From an uncultured delta proteobacterium (lineage in GTDB: Bacteria; Desulfobacterota; Desulfomonilia; UBA1062), in contig CAWAUM010000013.1 in the NCBI GenBank assembly GCA_963785235.1, forward strand, positions 32,001-96,000: a stretch of DNA of 64,000 bases, read 5' to 3'. Below the pieces are notes generated by a model. It saw nothing but the letters and a program-made list of their open reading frames with translations, had not been told where the DNA came from and ran no database searches. A program made the position numbers and the translations under genes. Of the stretch, positions 1-9,652 are shown piece by piece (the first letter of the stretch is position 1; each line of letters opens with the position of its first letter).

Positions 1-626
1 ACAAGACAAGTCTCACGGATGTCTGAATGACGACAGGAACCACCAACCTTCTCTGTCGACTCCCGGCAGACACAATTCATCACAGCAATATCGTCTCTTA
101 GTCCTCCTACATATTTTTTCATATCGTTATAAGGTTCTATACGTATTTCTGGAGTAATAGCCTGACCAATAGGTATGGCACGCAGCTGAAGAGTGTTCGC
201 GCTAAACATGTCTTTCTGGAACTTCTCTTTTGTGTACTGTTCGAAATCATGCACATAATCTTTAGTCAGTCGATTGACCTGAAACTCGAACATCCCTACA
301 GCAAGCTGTGCCAAGCTGTATTGCTTTCCTTTCCCCTTGGATTCAAACGCACGCCCACCCATAATGGCACCTTTCTGAACAAGGTTGTCCAGCACCGTCT
401 CCAATTCTGTTGGAGTGATTGTAATGCCACTTTTCTGTACCCGCCTGTGTATCCGGCTGATAGTTTCTGGAAGGATGTTCAGATTTAGTGCGATTTCCGC
501 CTCGACAGGCGTAAAAAGATGTTTTAGAAGTCTTAGTTCTACTCCAGACGCGGTTTCTGAGAATGGTATCGGCATCTTGTTAATCTCTTCACGTAATTTA
601 CAATATACGTCATCTTGATTAACCAT
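1..626 (-). CDS. 4Fe-4S binding protein (N-terminal part; runs off the window)
   Basis: Hand translation MVNQDDVYCKLREEINKMPIPFSETASGVELRLLKHLFTPVEAEIAL...CVCR...CRHSDIRETCL. GGAGGA RBS upstream. Typical deltaproteobacterial ferredoxin-domain family. Not in ORF track. Confidence 0.7.
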   Translation of the reverse strand, partial: MVNQDDVYCKLREEINKMPIPFSETASGVELRLLKHLFTPVEAEIALNLNILPETISRIHRRVQKSGITITPTELETVLDNLVQKGAIMGGRAFESKGKGKQYSLAQLAVGMFEFQVNRLTKDYVHDFEQYTKEKFQKDMFSANTLQLRAIPIGQAITPEIRIEPYNDMKKYVGGLRDDIAVMNCVCRESTEKVGGSCRHSDIRETCL

Positions 627-830
627 ACGATCCTCCTTTTTTCTCTCTTAATGTTCACGCTACCATTGAAGCTTACTGACAACACCTTCATTACTTAACT
701 TATCTGAGTCAGAAAAAGTGCAGATTACCATTCGAGCTGAGTTCGGGGATACTGCCGGAGGGTTATTTCTATCCCAGGGAAGAACACCCGGTACGGGATC
801 TCTTGCGGAAACACTCCTATCTCGAAAGAC

Positions 831-887
831 TGCGAACATCACCGTGACAAGGCGGCGGTCAGATTCGATGTGATCGTTATCGCTCAA
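831..887 (-). pseudogene. Possible N-terminal remnant of a class III adenylate/guanylate cyclase
   Basis: GAGGGGGA RBS, then TTG and SDNDHIESDRRLVTVMFA, resembling the ERRxVTVxFAD cyclase start. Similarity stops immediately after. Confidence 0.3.
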
Positions 888-1298
888 AGACTCCCCCTCG
901 TACAAAAAGAAAGGGCTCTCTAGGTTGCTAGGAAAATCTCGTTGGATGAATCAGCTATAGCGTTAATTATAAAGCCTTGTGGTTAAATTACAAGACCAAA
1001 GCATTCTACATAGGGATGCTTACTTGTGGAGCGTTGATCTCTGCGATAAATGAGTGTTTTGAAGATGCCATAAATCTGATGATCTGCTGATGTAACCTAT
1101 TCTAAGAGCCGCCTCATCACTGACCACGCATAATGGCACGAAAGCTATTGTTTAAGTATATTAACAGCATAATGTCTTGCACTCAATATCTGGATATACT
1201 GCAATTGTGCTACGGATAACAATGGTGTTATATTGCAAAAGTTCAGTATAGTAATACGTTAGCTGGATGCTTCGCGCAAAATAAGGAGATTTCTGAAT

Positions 1299-1931
1299 AT
1301 GAATATTCGCTTAGAAACTATAGATGATTACTCTCAAGTAGAAGAACTTACACGAGAAACTTTCTGGAACTTATATACTCCAGGATGTGACGAACACTAT
1401 TTATGCCATATACTGCGAGAGCATAAAGACTTTATAGAAGAGCTAGATTATGTAGTAGAACTCAACGGAAATATTATTGCTTCTATTATGTATACAGATT
1501 CATTTTTAATAAGTGATGACCAAGAGAAAGTACAAATTGTATCTTTTGGACCTCTATGTGTTCATCCGGATCATCAGAGAAAAGGGATTGGTACTGCATT
1601 AATTGAAAAAACGACGTCCCTAGTTAAAAATATGGGTATTCCAGCGATTATTATTTACGGAGATCCACATAATTACTGCAAACATGGATTTAAGAATGGA
1701 ATAGACTACCAAGTAAGCAATATGAATGGTGAGTACCCACTGGGATTACTCGTTCTCGAGCTTCAGACGGGATTCTTTGGTAATAAAAAATGGAAGATTA
1801 AACAAAGTGATGTATTCGATTTTGATCATGAGGAAGTTATTGAATTCGATAAAAGATTTCCAGAAAAAGAAAAAAAATACAAATACAGTCAGGAATTATT
1901 CAAAATGAACATTAGAGCTTTCTTACAGTAG
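1299..1931 (+). CDS. GNAT family N-acetyltransferase (integron-cassette-borne)
   Basis: FGPLCVHPDHQRKGIGTALI acetyl-CoA-binding motif, YGDPHNYCKHGF, AAGGAG RBS, AT-rich. Confidence 0.9.
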   Translation: MNIRLETIDDYSQVEELTRETFWNLYTPGCDEHYLCHILREHKDFIEELDYVVELNGNIIASIMYTDSFLISDDQEKVQIVSFGPLCVHPDHQRKGIGTALIEKTTSLVKNMGIPAIIIYGDPHNYCKHGFKNGIDYQVSNMNGEYPLGLLVLELQTGFFGNKKWKIKQSDVFDFDHEEVIEFDKRFPEKEKKYKYSQELFKMNIRAFLQ

Positions 1932-1934
1932 CTT

Positions 1935-1992
1935 CAGCTAACCAATGCATCCACCGGACGGCTGACGCCGCCGGTGATGCCCGTTGTTACCC
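1935..1992 (+). mobile_element. Integron attC site
   Basis: R'' CAGCTAAC, hairpin GCATC(C)ACCGG(A)CGGC-TGAC-GCCGCCGGTGATGC with two extrahelical bases, R' GTTACCC. R'' is the exact complement of GTTAGCTG at 1258-1265. Confidence 0.85.
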
Positions 1993-2290
1993 AATGTGAT
2001 GATCTCTGCGATAGATGCGTGCTTATGAAATGCCTGGAAACCATTAATCTTGAAAAATAATCTACGATGAAATTAAGGCCAGGCCTGAGTGTAACACTTG
2101 GCACCGTTATCTTCATTTTATCATCCTGAGCTAAGGTATCGAGCTGTCGATATATTTTACAATGAAGATAATAATATTAATATAATATAATTAAATAGAT
2201 AGAAGTTGAATGATTAATCAGACTGTCGGGCAACTTTACACTTCACATAAACCTGGTAAATAAATTAATTAATATAAGATAGTTGGACGC

Positions 2291-2306
2291 TGGCACATAA
2301 TCTGCA
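2291..2306 (+). promoter_or_regulatory. Putative sigma54 -24/-12 promoter
   Basis: TGGCACATAATCTGCA (GG-N10-GC) upstream of the PilZ gene. Confidence 0.55.
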
Positions 2307-2366
2307 AAATATTATTCTAAGGATATCCGGATATCCTCGATATATCACCACTGTCCTAGAATAAAA

Positions 2367-2705
2367 GTGGGGTCACGTGTGATAGAAAAAAGAAAATATA
2401 AAAGGGCAAAAGTAAAGATAAAGGCCTGTTATAGCGAGGGTGCCTATACCAATGTAATAGCCAATGTCATTGATATAAGTAAGGGCGGCATGTATGTGCA
2501 GGATGGATATGCCCCAGAAGTCAAAGAAAACCTGGTAGCAAGCCTTGATGCTGAGGATTTAGGCAAGGTCATATGGGTGGAGGGCCGTGTTGTCAGGAAG
2601 ACTAGCGATGGCATTGGGGTATTGTTCACAAACACTGATGAGAAGGATTTAGACAACCTGCTGATTCTCTATGAGCGCCATGTTCTGATATCTCGGAGAC
2701 AATGA
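2367..2705 (+). CDS. PilZ domain protein
   Basis: EKRKYKR (RxxxR) and DISKGG (DxSxxG) motifs. Confidence 0.85.
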   Translation: MGSRVIEKRKYKRAKVKIKACYSEGAYTNVIANVIDISKGGMYVQDGYAPEVKENLVASLDAEDLGKVIWVEGRVVRKTSDGIGVLFTNTDEKDLDNLLILYERHVLISRRQ

Positions 2706-2799
2706 TAAAATCGTGTCATCCAGAGACAATTTTCCATTACCTGTGATTTCTGTAATATCTTCTCGGTTTAATGAATTCCAAATACTGAAGATCATGGGT

Positions 2800-4286
2800 T
2801 AAAACATACGAAGACTATTACTGCATGCGTGAGTGTTGCTCCTGATCTTGCCTCTCAAGGTGAATCGGTCAAGCCGTTTGTGGGTTCGGATATTTGCGAA
2901 TACCGGCTCCACGATGGCCATCCTCTGCGGATAGATCCTGCGACCCTTCTCGCTCTCGATCTTCTCTATCATGACCTTGGTGAGGTTGTTGCCATCCGGC
3001 CCGATGGGCACTGCTCAAGGTTCTTCGGACCACGGCCTTTCCCATGGATGCATTTACTCTCTTACCGTGCAACCTCTGGCAGTCCTGCTCCTGTGCACCA
3101 TACACTCGATAGAGTTACCCGGTACACCGATGGCTCTTTCACTTTCAGACTCAACATCTTTCCATTGGGACACTCATACTGATTTCTCTCTTCATCATAG
3201 AGGAAGTCATTCAGCCCATAATGTGTCCTGACCGAACGCCCCTTCCTCCCCTTGAACCGGGGATCCCTTGTGCGGAACCTCTTGTCCGGTATGTACGCAT
3301 CAATCTCCTCATCCATGCATTTCTGGATATTCATCTTGCTGTGGTAACCGCTGTCTGCTGTGAACGTTGTCCCTTTAAAATAATCCCGGGAGAGACCGAT
3401 CTTATCCAGGTTCTCCATGGCCCCATCCAGCATCGGAGGAACAAGATCATGATCATGACCAGCACCAAATGCCTCTGCATGAACGATCACCTGTCTCTTC
3501 GAGTCCACAAGCGCCTGGCCGTTATACCCCTGGATAGTCCCATTGGAGGAGACCATCTTCGATGACTCGTTGTCCGTCATGTTGCTCTTGATCTCCTTGC
3601 CCTTTACCCCGAGTCGCTCCCCGTTCTCCTTCAGCCACGCCTCGATCCGGTCTGCCTGCTTCTTCAGCTTCTCGATCTGCCTGCCACGATAGGAGCGATC
3701 ATCAGGGGGAGTTGTATCATCATCGTCCTTCCGGTCTTCCTCCTCCTGCTCCTTCAGCAATACCTTCACCTTCTCCTCAAGCTTTTCCCGCTTCGCCTTC
3801 AACTCAGATACCGTCCTGCTCCACTGCGGGGAGGCATTGCATTTTAAGCTTGCACCCGTCCAGTGCGAAGAACGTCCCCCCAAGCAGGTTCATCTCCTCG
3901 CAGACCAGCAGCACATCCCTGAAACAGCGGAAGAATCTCATCCTTCATGGATCTCACGAAGGTCGATATCGTGCTGTGGTCAGGATACTGCCCACAGCTA
4001 AAGCGCCATGAACACCACGTTCTCCTTGCATGCCTGCTCTATCTTCCTCGATGATATCAGTCCTCTGGAATACCCGAGCAGACACCACCTTCAGCAGTAT
4101 CCGGGGATCGTATGCCCGCCGTCCTGTCTCATCATTCCGGTACTTCTCATCGAACAGGCTCACGTCCATCCGCTCATCCACGAGCGTATGAATCGCATAC
4201 TCCAGGCTGCCCGGCATCAGCTGTTCCTTGAGCGAAACAGGTATCAGCATGTCCTGTGCATAGGTGTAAGGTTTATACTTGGCCAT
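2800..4286 (-). mobile_element. IS1182-family transposase, frameshifted and 3'-truncated
   Basis: GRRAYDPRILLK, GYNGQALVD, TADSGYHS and IVEPVFANIRTHKRLDRFTLRG spread over several frames. The usual C-terminal end is missing. Confidence 0.85.
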
Positions 4287-4527
4287 GGTGTCCTTTCGTT
4301 TCAGGAATCGGGAGAATAAGATAGAAATCTTTCCCTTGAAGACAATCTCATTATATCACATAACATATTGATAATAAAGAGCTAATTAACTTTTTTATGA
4401 TAATAATTGATCTGTTTAGATCTTCTAAACTCTTGGATTTTTTTAAATAAATAATCTTCATAAAACATTTGCGTAAGGAAGATTTTTCAACATTTCGCAC
4501 GGAAGTTACACTTTTTTATCAATCAAT

Positions 4528-4636
4528 ATCTGCATAGTTTTCGAGACATAATCAACGGTTTCTAAGGATAGGGGAGCCGATAATTTTATTGCATTATCAT
4601 AAGTCTGAGAAAAGTGAAGATTATTGGACATAATCT
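4528..4636 (+). repeat. Partial/divergent copy of the dispersed intergenic repeat
   Basis: CATAGTTTTCGAGACATAATCAACG and GAAAAGTGAAGATTATTGGACATAATCT share motifs with the copies at 7336 and 16831. Confidence 0.45.
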
Positions 4637-4806
4637 CTTATTCTTCCGCTGATAGATATCATTCAAGTATCTAATCTTTGCAGGCCAGCATTGGAGCTCA
4701 CATATATTACAGAAACCAAAGCTTTTGCAAAAGTGTCAGTGGCTTATAGAAATATGCACTTTGGTTGTCTATTCTGTAAGTTGAGATAGGCAAAGGTATC
4801 ATCGGT

Positions 4807-5085
4807 TCTGGATTTCCACGCCACGCTGCAGTTGCGGCCGGACTGGGAAACTCCGTGTGAAACAACCTCATCATTCATCAGCGACTGGGTCCCTAAGTGA
4901 TCTTCCTCACCATACTGACCGACCTCGGGCTGCCACCGGACCCTCCTATTACCAAGGATCTCTGCATCCATTGCAACATCTGTGTGGAGAACTGCCCCGG
5001 AAGGGCGCTCGATTGAGAGAAAAAGATAGACAAATTCAAGTGCATGAAATTTTCACAGCCCTCTGCGCTGGGACGGAATATATAA
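4807..5085 (+). pseudogene. Remnant of a QueG/reductive-dehalogenase-like 4Fe-4S protein
   Basis: HAAVAAGLGNSV*NNLIIHQRLGP*VIFLTILTDL...CIHCNICVENCPGRALD*EKKIDKFKC, with three in-frame stops. Confidence 0.7.
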
Positions 5086-5144
5086 ACTGTCGTTAATAGA
5101 TGACCCTAAACCGACATGTCTTCCTTGCTTCTGACGTTTTCTTG

Positions 5145-5726
5145 CTAAAAGAATTTTTCAAATATCTTTTCAAGGTCATTAAAGTATTCCATGTCATTGG
5201 TCAAACGCCACATGGTCGTAGCACCTTCTGTAAGGTATATCATCCTTCTGGATAATTCTCTGATGTCGACATCCTCATTTATTTTTTTGTTTTTCTGAAG
5301 ACCGGATAAAAACTCGCATAAAAGGTCTTCCCATCCCTTTATTATATTTCTAAATTTTTCATCGAATTTTTCATCCAGTTCTCCAGACATGCTAAACCTT
5401 GCATTGGCTATCGGACAGCCATTATAATTTTTCAATATTTGAATGCCGGCTTTAACCGTGGATACGCTTTTATTTATAAATTCCTGGATAGTCGAACTTG
5501 AATCCATTATGGATTTCAGCCTTGCCATGGATTCATTATTGTATGAAATAAGACATTCATAAATAAGATCATCTTTTGACGGGAAATACTGGTAAAAGCT
5601 AGCTTTTGCAACCTTGGATTCTTTTATGATCTGGTTTATGCCTGTACTGTTGATTCCCTGGATGTAAAAAAGCTCTAAAGCTTTTATGATGATCCTATTT
5701 CTTACATTTGTTTCCATAATTACCAT
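5145..5726 (-). CDS. TetR/AcrR family regulator
   Basis: LFYIQGINSTGINQIIKESKVAKASFYQYFPSKDDL HTH; GCP motif. Confidence 0.9.
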   Translation of the reverse strand: MVIMETNVRNRIIIKALELFYIQGINSTGINQIIKESKVAKASFYQYFPSKDDLIYECLISYNNESMARLKSIMDSSSTIQEFINKSVSTVKAGIQILKNYNGCPIANARFSMSGELDEKFDEKFRNIIKGWEDLLCEFLSGLQKNKKINEDVDIRELSRRMIYLTEGATTMWRLTNDMEYFNDLEKIFEKFF

Positions 5727-5782
5727 TTATAATGAATCAATTATTATCTCACGCAATAATTTTTAGGAACCATAATTTATTC

Positions 5783-5807
5783 TTGACAACGGACAGACAA
5801 GTCTGTC
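5783..5807. promoter_or_regulatory. TetR operator next to a -35 element
   Basis: Perfect palindrome GACAGAC-AA-GTCTGTC (5792-5807) following TTGACA, between divergent tetR and nitroreductase. Confidence 0.7.
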
Positions 5808-5864
5808 TAGTGTAAATAACAATACAATAAATAAGTTACTTCGGAAAGCAACTTTTTAATAAAA

Positions 5865-6746
5865 ATGGAGGTGCAGACCATGTTATTATCAAAACCCGTT
5901 ACTGATATTATCCGTAAGAGGTTCTCCGTAAGATCGTACATAAACGATCCCATTGAGGAAAATAAAAAAAAGAAATTAAGGGGATTTTTCCTCGAAAATA
6001 TCTCGGGACCACTGGGGTCCCAGGCGAGGTTTATACTGGTTTCGGCTTCATTGGAAGACAGGGAGGAGCTCAAAGGTCTGATATCATACGGAATGATACG
6101 GAACGTCCCCGGGTTTATCATAGGAGCTACAGGGTATGGCGAAAAAAATCTCGAGGATTTCGGGTATATGATGGAGAAGAACATCCTTATGGCGACTGAT
6201 ATGGAACTCGGCACCTGCTGGCTAGGCGCTACTTTCAATAGCAGCGGTTTTGCCAGGAAGATAAACCGCAGGGAAGACGAGATCGTTCCTGCGGTATGCG
6301 CTATAGGAAATCACAGGGAAAAAAGGACTGCATGGGAAAAAATAGTCCGAACAACCCTTGGTTCTGACAGACGCAAACCATGGGATGATCTTTTCTTCAC
6401 GGAAGGCGGTGCTTTAACCAGGGAGGAGGCAGGCAGCTACTCGTTATGCCTGGATATGGTACGCATTGCGCCTTCAGCAACCAACAATCAACCGTGGAGG
6501 ATTTTGAAGATGAAAGAGAAGAATATATTTCACTTTTATCTTCAAAGAACACTTGGTTATCAGACAATATCAAAAGCCACAGATAAAGAGGACGCGCAGC
6601 GCATGGATATTGGGGTTGCGATGTGTCACTTTGAGCTCACAGCGCTCGAGGCCGGACTTTCTGGAAAATGGCAGGTTGAATATCCGGGTATCGGACTGCC
6701 ATCAGGAAATGCGGAATACGTGGTTACATGGATCAGTGGCAAGTGA
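5865..6746 (+). CDS. Nitroreductase family protein (two-domain)
   Basis: RFSVRSY, LGTCWLG, APSATNNQPW and DIGVAMCHF motifs. Confidence 0.9.
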   Translation: MEVQTMLLSKPVTDIIRKRFSVRSYINDPIEENKKKKLRGFFLENISGPLGSQARFILVSASLEDREELKGLISYGMIRNVPGFIIGATGYGEKNLEDFGYMMEKNILMATDMELGTCWLGATFNSSGFARKINRREDEIVPAVCAIGNHREKRTAWEKIVRTTLGSDRRKPWDDLFFTEGGALTREEAGSYSLCLDMVRIAPSATNNQPWRILKMKEKNIFHFYLQRTLGYQTISKATDKEDAQRMDIGVAMCHFELTALEAGLSGKWQVEYPGIGLPSGNAEYVVTWISGK

Positions 6747-6941
6747 GAGAGGATGATGCCTTTTCCCGTTATGATTTAGGTCTGTCAGAGGAATATATAA
6801 TCATTATATGAACCTCATCCCCAAGAAGCACGGAGAGGAATATTGAAGTCAGGAAAATGAATGATTTCATTAAAATTGAATTTGAATCATTTCTTTTTCA
6901 TGATTCAGAACTTTTGAATACAATCTATTGAAGGAGGTTAT

Positions 6942-7334
6942 ATGCCCAAAGAGGGATATTATAAGAAAATGTTTTTTATTGGTGCTATCTGGAACTGGGT
7001 TGCAACGTTAACATTTGCAATAGGTTGGAAATTTTTATTTCCCTTGTTCGGGATGGCATTTCCAAACTATCTGGTGTTCTACATGTTGTTCCTTGGATTG
7101 TGTTTTGTCTTCGGAATTGGCTACTTCTGGGTTTCCCGTGATATATCCAGCAACCATGGCATTGTACGCATGGGGATTATCGGCAAATTGCTGGTCTTTG
7201 CCGGGTTTCTTATTGCCTGGGTAATGGGGGAAGTGCCCCTAATCATAGTGGGCTCTGGGGTTGTAGACCTAATTTTTGCCATACTGTTCATCGAGTTTCT
7301 CAAGTCATATGGAAAGATGGAGGTGCATGGATAA
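6942..7334 (+). CDS. Small ~4-TM membrane protein, paralogue of 8883..9293
   Basis: Hydrophobic segments, FGIGYFWVSRD motif, GGAGG RBS. Confidence 0.8.
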   Translation: MPKEGYYKKMFFIGAIWNWVATLTFAIGWKFLFPLFGMAFPNYLVFYMLFLGLCFVFGIGYFWVSRDISSNHGIVRMGIIGKLLVFAGFLIAWVMGEVPLIIVGSGVVDLIFAILFIEFLKSYGKMEVHG

Positions 7335-7335
7335 A

Positions 7336-7466
7336 GTAATCCAGAGTATAAATTACCTTTCATAATCAACGAAAAAGAGGGGCTAAGAAAAGTGAAGATT
7401 ACATGCCAGTTATGACGTTCTGGTATGAAGTCATAGTTTTCGTATGTTTCAACACAAGATCAACGG
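7336..7466 (+). repeat. Dispersed intergenic repeat, copy 1
   Basis: GTAATCCAGAGTATAAATTACCTTTCATAATCAACGAAAAAGAGGGGC...GATTACATGCCAGTTATGACGTTCTGGTATG...TATGTTTCAACACAAGATCA. Confidence 0.8.
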
Positions 7467-7536
7467 TCTCAGTAGATTGCAAAATCTAAGGAGACTGCGA
7501 ACTAGCAGTCATCTGAAAACTTCATTAGATGTAGCG

Positions 7537-8436
7537 TCAGGAAACCATATTTCCAATAATGTCTTTGACAGGTTTGATCTCCTTTATCAGGGCACTAACT
7601 TGTCCAGCACCAGCGGGATAAAGGTCAAAATCACCTGTAGACCATGCCTTACCGGCGTTCATCATGTTGTATTCCTGTGTGAGGTCCGCACCTGCGGCCA
7701 TGAGTTTAGCCAACTTAGGATTGATAATGGTTCGCATAGCCATGCCGCCCATGGGTAACAAGGTAGTGCTTGCATCGACACAGGCTACGATAGCCTCTTT
7801 CCATGACCTGGATGCCGGACTCTCTTCGGAAGCTAATAAGGCAGTTCCTATCTGCACACCTTGAGCGCCTAGCGCCAGGGCAGCCCGGTACCCCCGACGG
7901 TCTGCGATTCCACCGGCGGCTACAACAGGCACATCGACCATGTCACAAACCAAGGGAATCAGGATCATATTGGTGGACTCAGGTCCTGTTGTGCGGAGAC
8001 CGCCTGATTCTGCTCCAGAAACAACGATCCCGTTCGCACCTGCCTCAGTGGCCTTGGCGGCTAGAGGAGCCGCAAGGATCACATGGAGGACCTTCATGCC
8101 CAGCTCTTTGATTTTTGGATATATTTTTTTAGGGGACCCTGCCGAGGTAGTCACAGTCTTAATACCAGCTTCAGCTAATACCTCGAGTATGGCATCATTG
8201 TTGGGATTCATTGCAATCATGAGATTGGCCCCAAAAGGTTTGTCGGTAAGTTCCCTGATTTCGGCAATCATCTTTCTGACCTTGCTTACATCTGAGACAA
8301 AGCCCAGAGCCAGCATACCGAATGCGCCAGCCTCGGAGACGGCTGCCACCATCTTCGGGTTGTTCAATTCACCGATGGGGCCTTGAATAATAGGATATTT
8401 ACAACCCAGGATATCTAATAGTGTGGTTTTTTCCAT
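7537..8436 (-). CDS. Nitronate monooxygenase/FabK-like FMN oxidoreductase
   Basis: YPIIQG, KPFGANL, VVAAGGIAD, GAQGVQIGT and AGQVSALI motifs. Confidence 0.9.
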   Translation of the reverse strand: MEKTTLLDILGCKYPIIQGPIGELNNPKMVAAVSEAGAFGMLALGFVSDVSKVRKMIAEIRELTDKPFGANLMIAMNPNNDAILEVLAEAGIKTVTTSAGSPKKIYPKIKELGMKVLHVILAAPLAAKATEAGANGIVVSGAESGGLRTTGPESTNMILIPLVCDMVDVPVVAAGGIADRRGYRAALALGAQGVQIGTALLASEESPASRSWKEAIVACVDASTTLLPMGGMAMRTIINPKLAKLMAAGADLTQEYNMMNAGKAWSTGDFDLYPAGAGQVSALIKEIKPVKDIIGNMVS

Positions 8437-8597
8437 AAAGCCTCCATGAGAAACTATCGTTATCTTTCTTCAATCTGAGATTAAATCAAAAACGAATGAA
8501 TCTAACACCATGAATTAATATATAATTGAGAGAAGTTCGTTTGCAACAAAGAGATCACCTCGCATCCAAGGGCTCCTAGCTGTATATGGGGCTCCTA

Positions 8598-8861
8598 TTA
8601 TTCCAACGCTGCAGTAAAGGCTGATCCTGAATAATCTACGGTTATGGATACATTGTCGGAACTAAGACTTTTCTGTAGAGAAACATTCAATCCATTGCAA
8701 TTGAAGAGGATGTCATCGGTGTGCGGCTCATCCAGAGCTGCTTTAATAAATATCCCGGTTCAAACCGCTCCGGCAGGATATAATCTTAAAGAAGGGCGGA
8801 TAGTGTCCCTGCAAAGATTTTCGAGTTCTTTTTTCGCCTCTGGAGTAAGGTTGATCTTCAT
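8598..8861 (-). CDS. HesB/IscA-like selenoprotein candidate (in-frame UGA at 8760-8762)
   Basis: 87 aa if UGA is read through: MKINLTPEAKKEL...LRLYPAGAV-U-TGIFIKAALDEP...ITVDY. GAGGT RBS. GCTC-TGGAT-GAGC hairpin ~20 nt after the UGA. Confidence 0.7.
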
Positions 8862-8882
8862 ATATAACCTCTCATTTTGCAA

Positions 8883-9293
8883 TTATACAATGCGTCTGTT
8901 CTCTTCCTGTTTCTCTCCACGCAGCGCAGAAAGGAAAAGAATTGTCCATATGAAATCTCCCAATCCTCCTAGAAAAGCAAAGGTTGTTATCTGTCTACGG
9001 AAATAAAGGCGGGCAAAAGTGAGAAAGATGATCACTTTGGCCAGGCATCCCATCCAGATGATGCCCTGGTTCTTGTCCGGATCTCGTGACACGAGGTAGT
9101 AACCCAAGCCAAAGACACCCACTGCCCCCCAGAAGAATGCAAAGAATGTCCGTGGCAGAATCCCCGTAATTATATTCTTGGATCCGGATATCAGCCACAT
9201 GGTGAGGCTGGGCATCACCAGGCCATTGAATGCGAAACCAAAATTCCATAGGGAACCCCAATAATAGATTTGCTTCCGAGTTCCAATCTTCAT
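8883..9293 (-). CDS. Small ~4-TM membrane protein, paralogue of 6942..7334
   Basis: GSLWNF...FGLGYYLVSRDPDKNQGIIWMG motif. Confidence 0.8.
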   Translation of the reverse strand: MKIGTRKQIYYWGSLWNFGFAFNGLVMPSLTMWLISGSKNIITGILPRTFFAFFWGAVGVFGLGYYLVSRDPDKNQGIIWMGCLAKVIIFLTFARLYFRRQITTFAFLGGLGDFIWTILFLSALRGEKQEENRRIV

Positions 9294-9431
9294 GAGATCT
9301 ATCCCCCCTTATAATCTCCCTCAAAGGTGTTTTGAATAATAATTCCATATTATAGGATAATAAAACCAAGTATAAAGTTGTCAATTCATATTGTCTAATG
9401 AAATGATCAGGACAAAGAACATCAGTACGTC

Positions 9432-9587
9432 AAGTATAGATTTCGTGCTAAGGCCAATGGTTATTCAAAGAGCATAGATTTCTTTTATAATCATCGCAAA
9501 AGACGGGCATTGAAAATCATAGATTTCATGCCATACTTGGTGCTCAGAGCATGTAGCGTGAACACCATAGATTAGAAAATATTATCT
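9432..9587 (+). repeat. Dispersed intergenic repeat, copy 2
   Basis: GGCCAATGGTTATTCAAAGAGCATAGATTTCTTTTATAATCATCGCAAAAGACGGGCATTGAAAATCATAGATTTCATGCC...CCATAGATTAGAAAA. Confidence 0.85.
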
Positions 9588-9652
9588 CCGGCCCCTGCTA
9601 TGATCAAGATTCAATGGAGGTATACCCTCTTGAATGAATACCTGAGATCACT

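Noticed and set aside
930-970. GTTGGAT/GTTAATT as another attC
   Set aside because: No paired L boxes or hairpin found.
4857-5016. TGA codons in the QueG-like remnant as selenocysteine
   Set aside because: A TAA lies in the same frame and the TGAs are not at Cys positions.
8644-9006. 120-aa plus-strand ORF
   Set aside because: It is antisense to the better-supported HesB-like and membrane genes.
9432-9587. Periodic ATAGATT motifs as a CRISPR array
   Set aside because: The repeats are too short, the intervening sequence is conserved between copies, and no cas genes are present.
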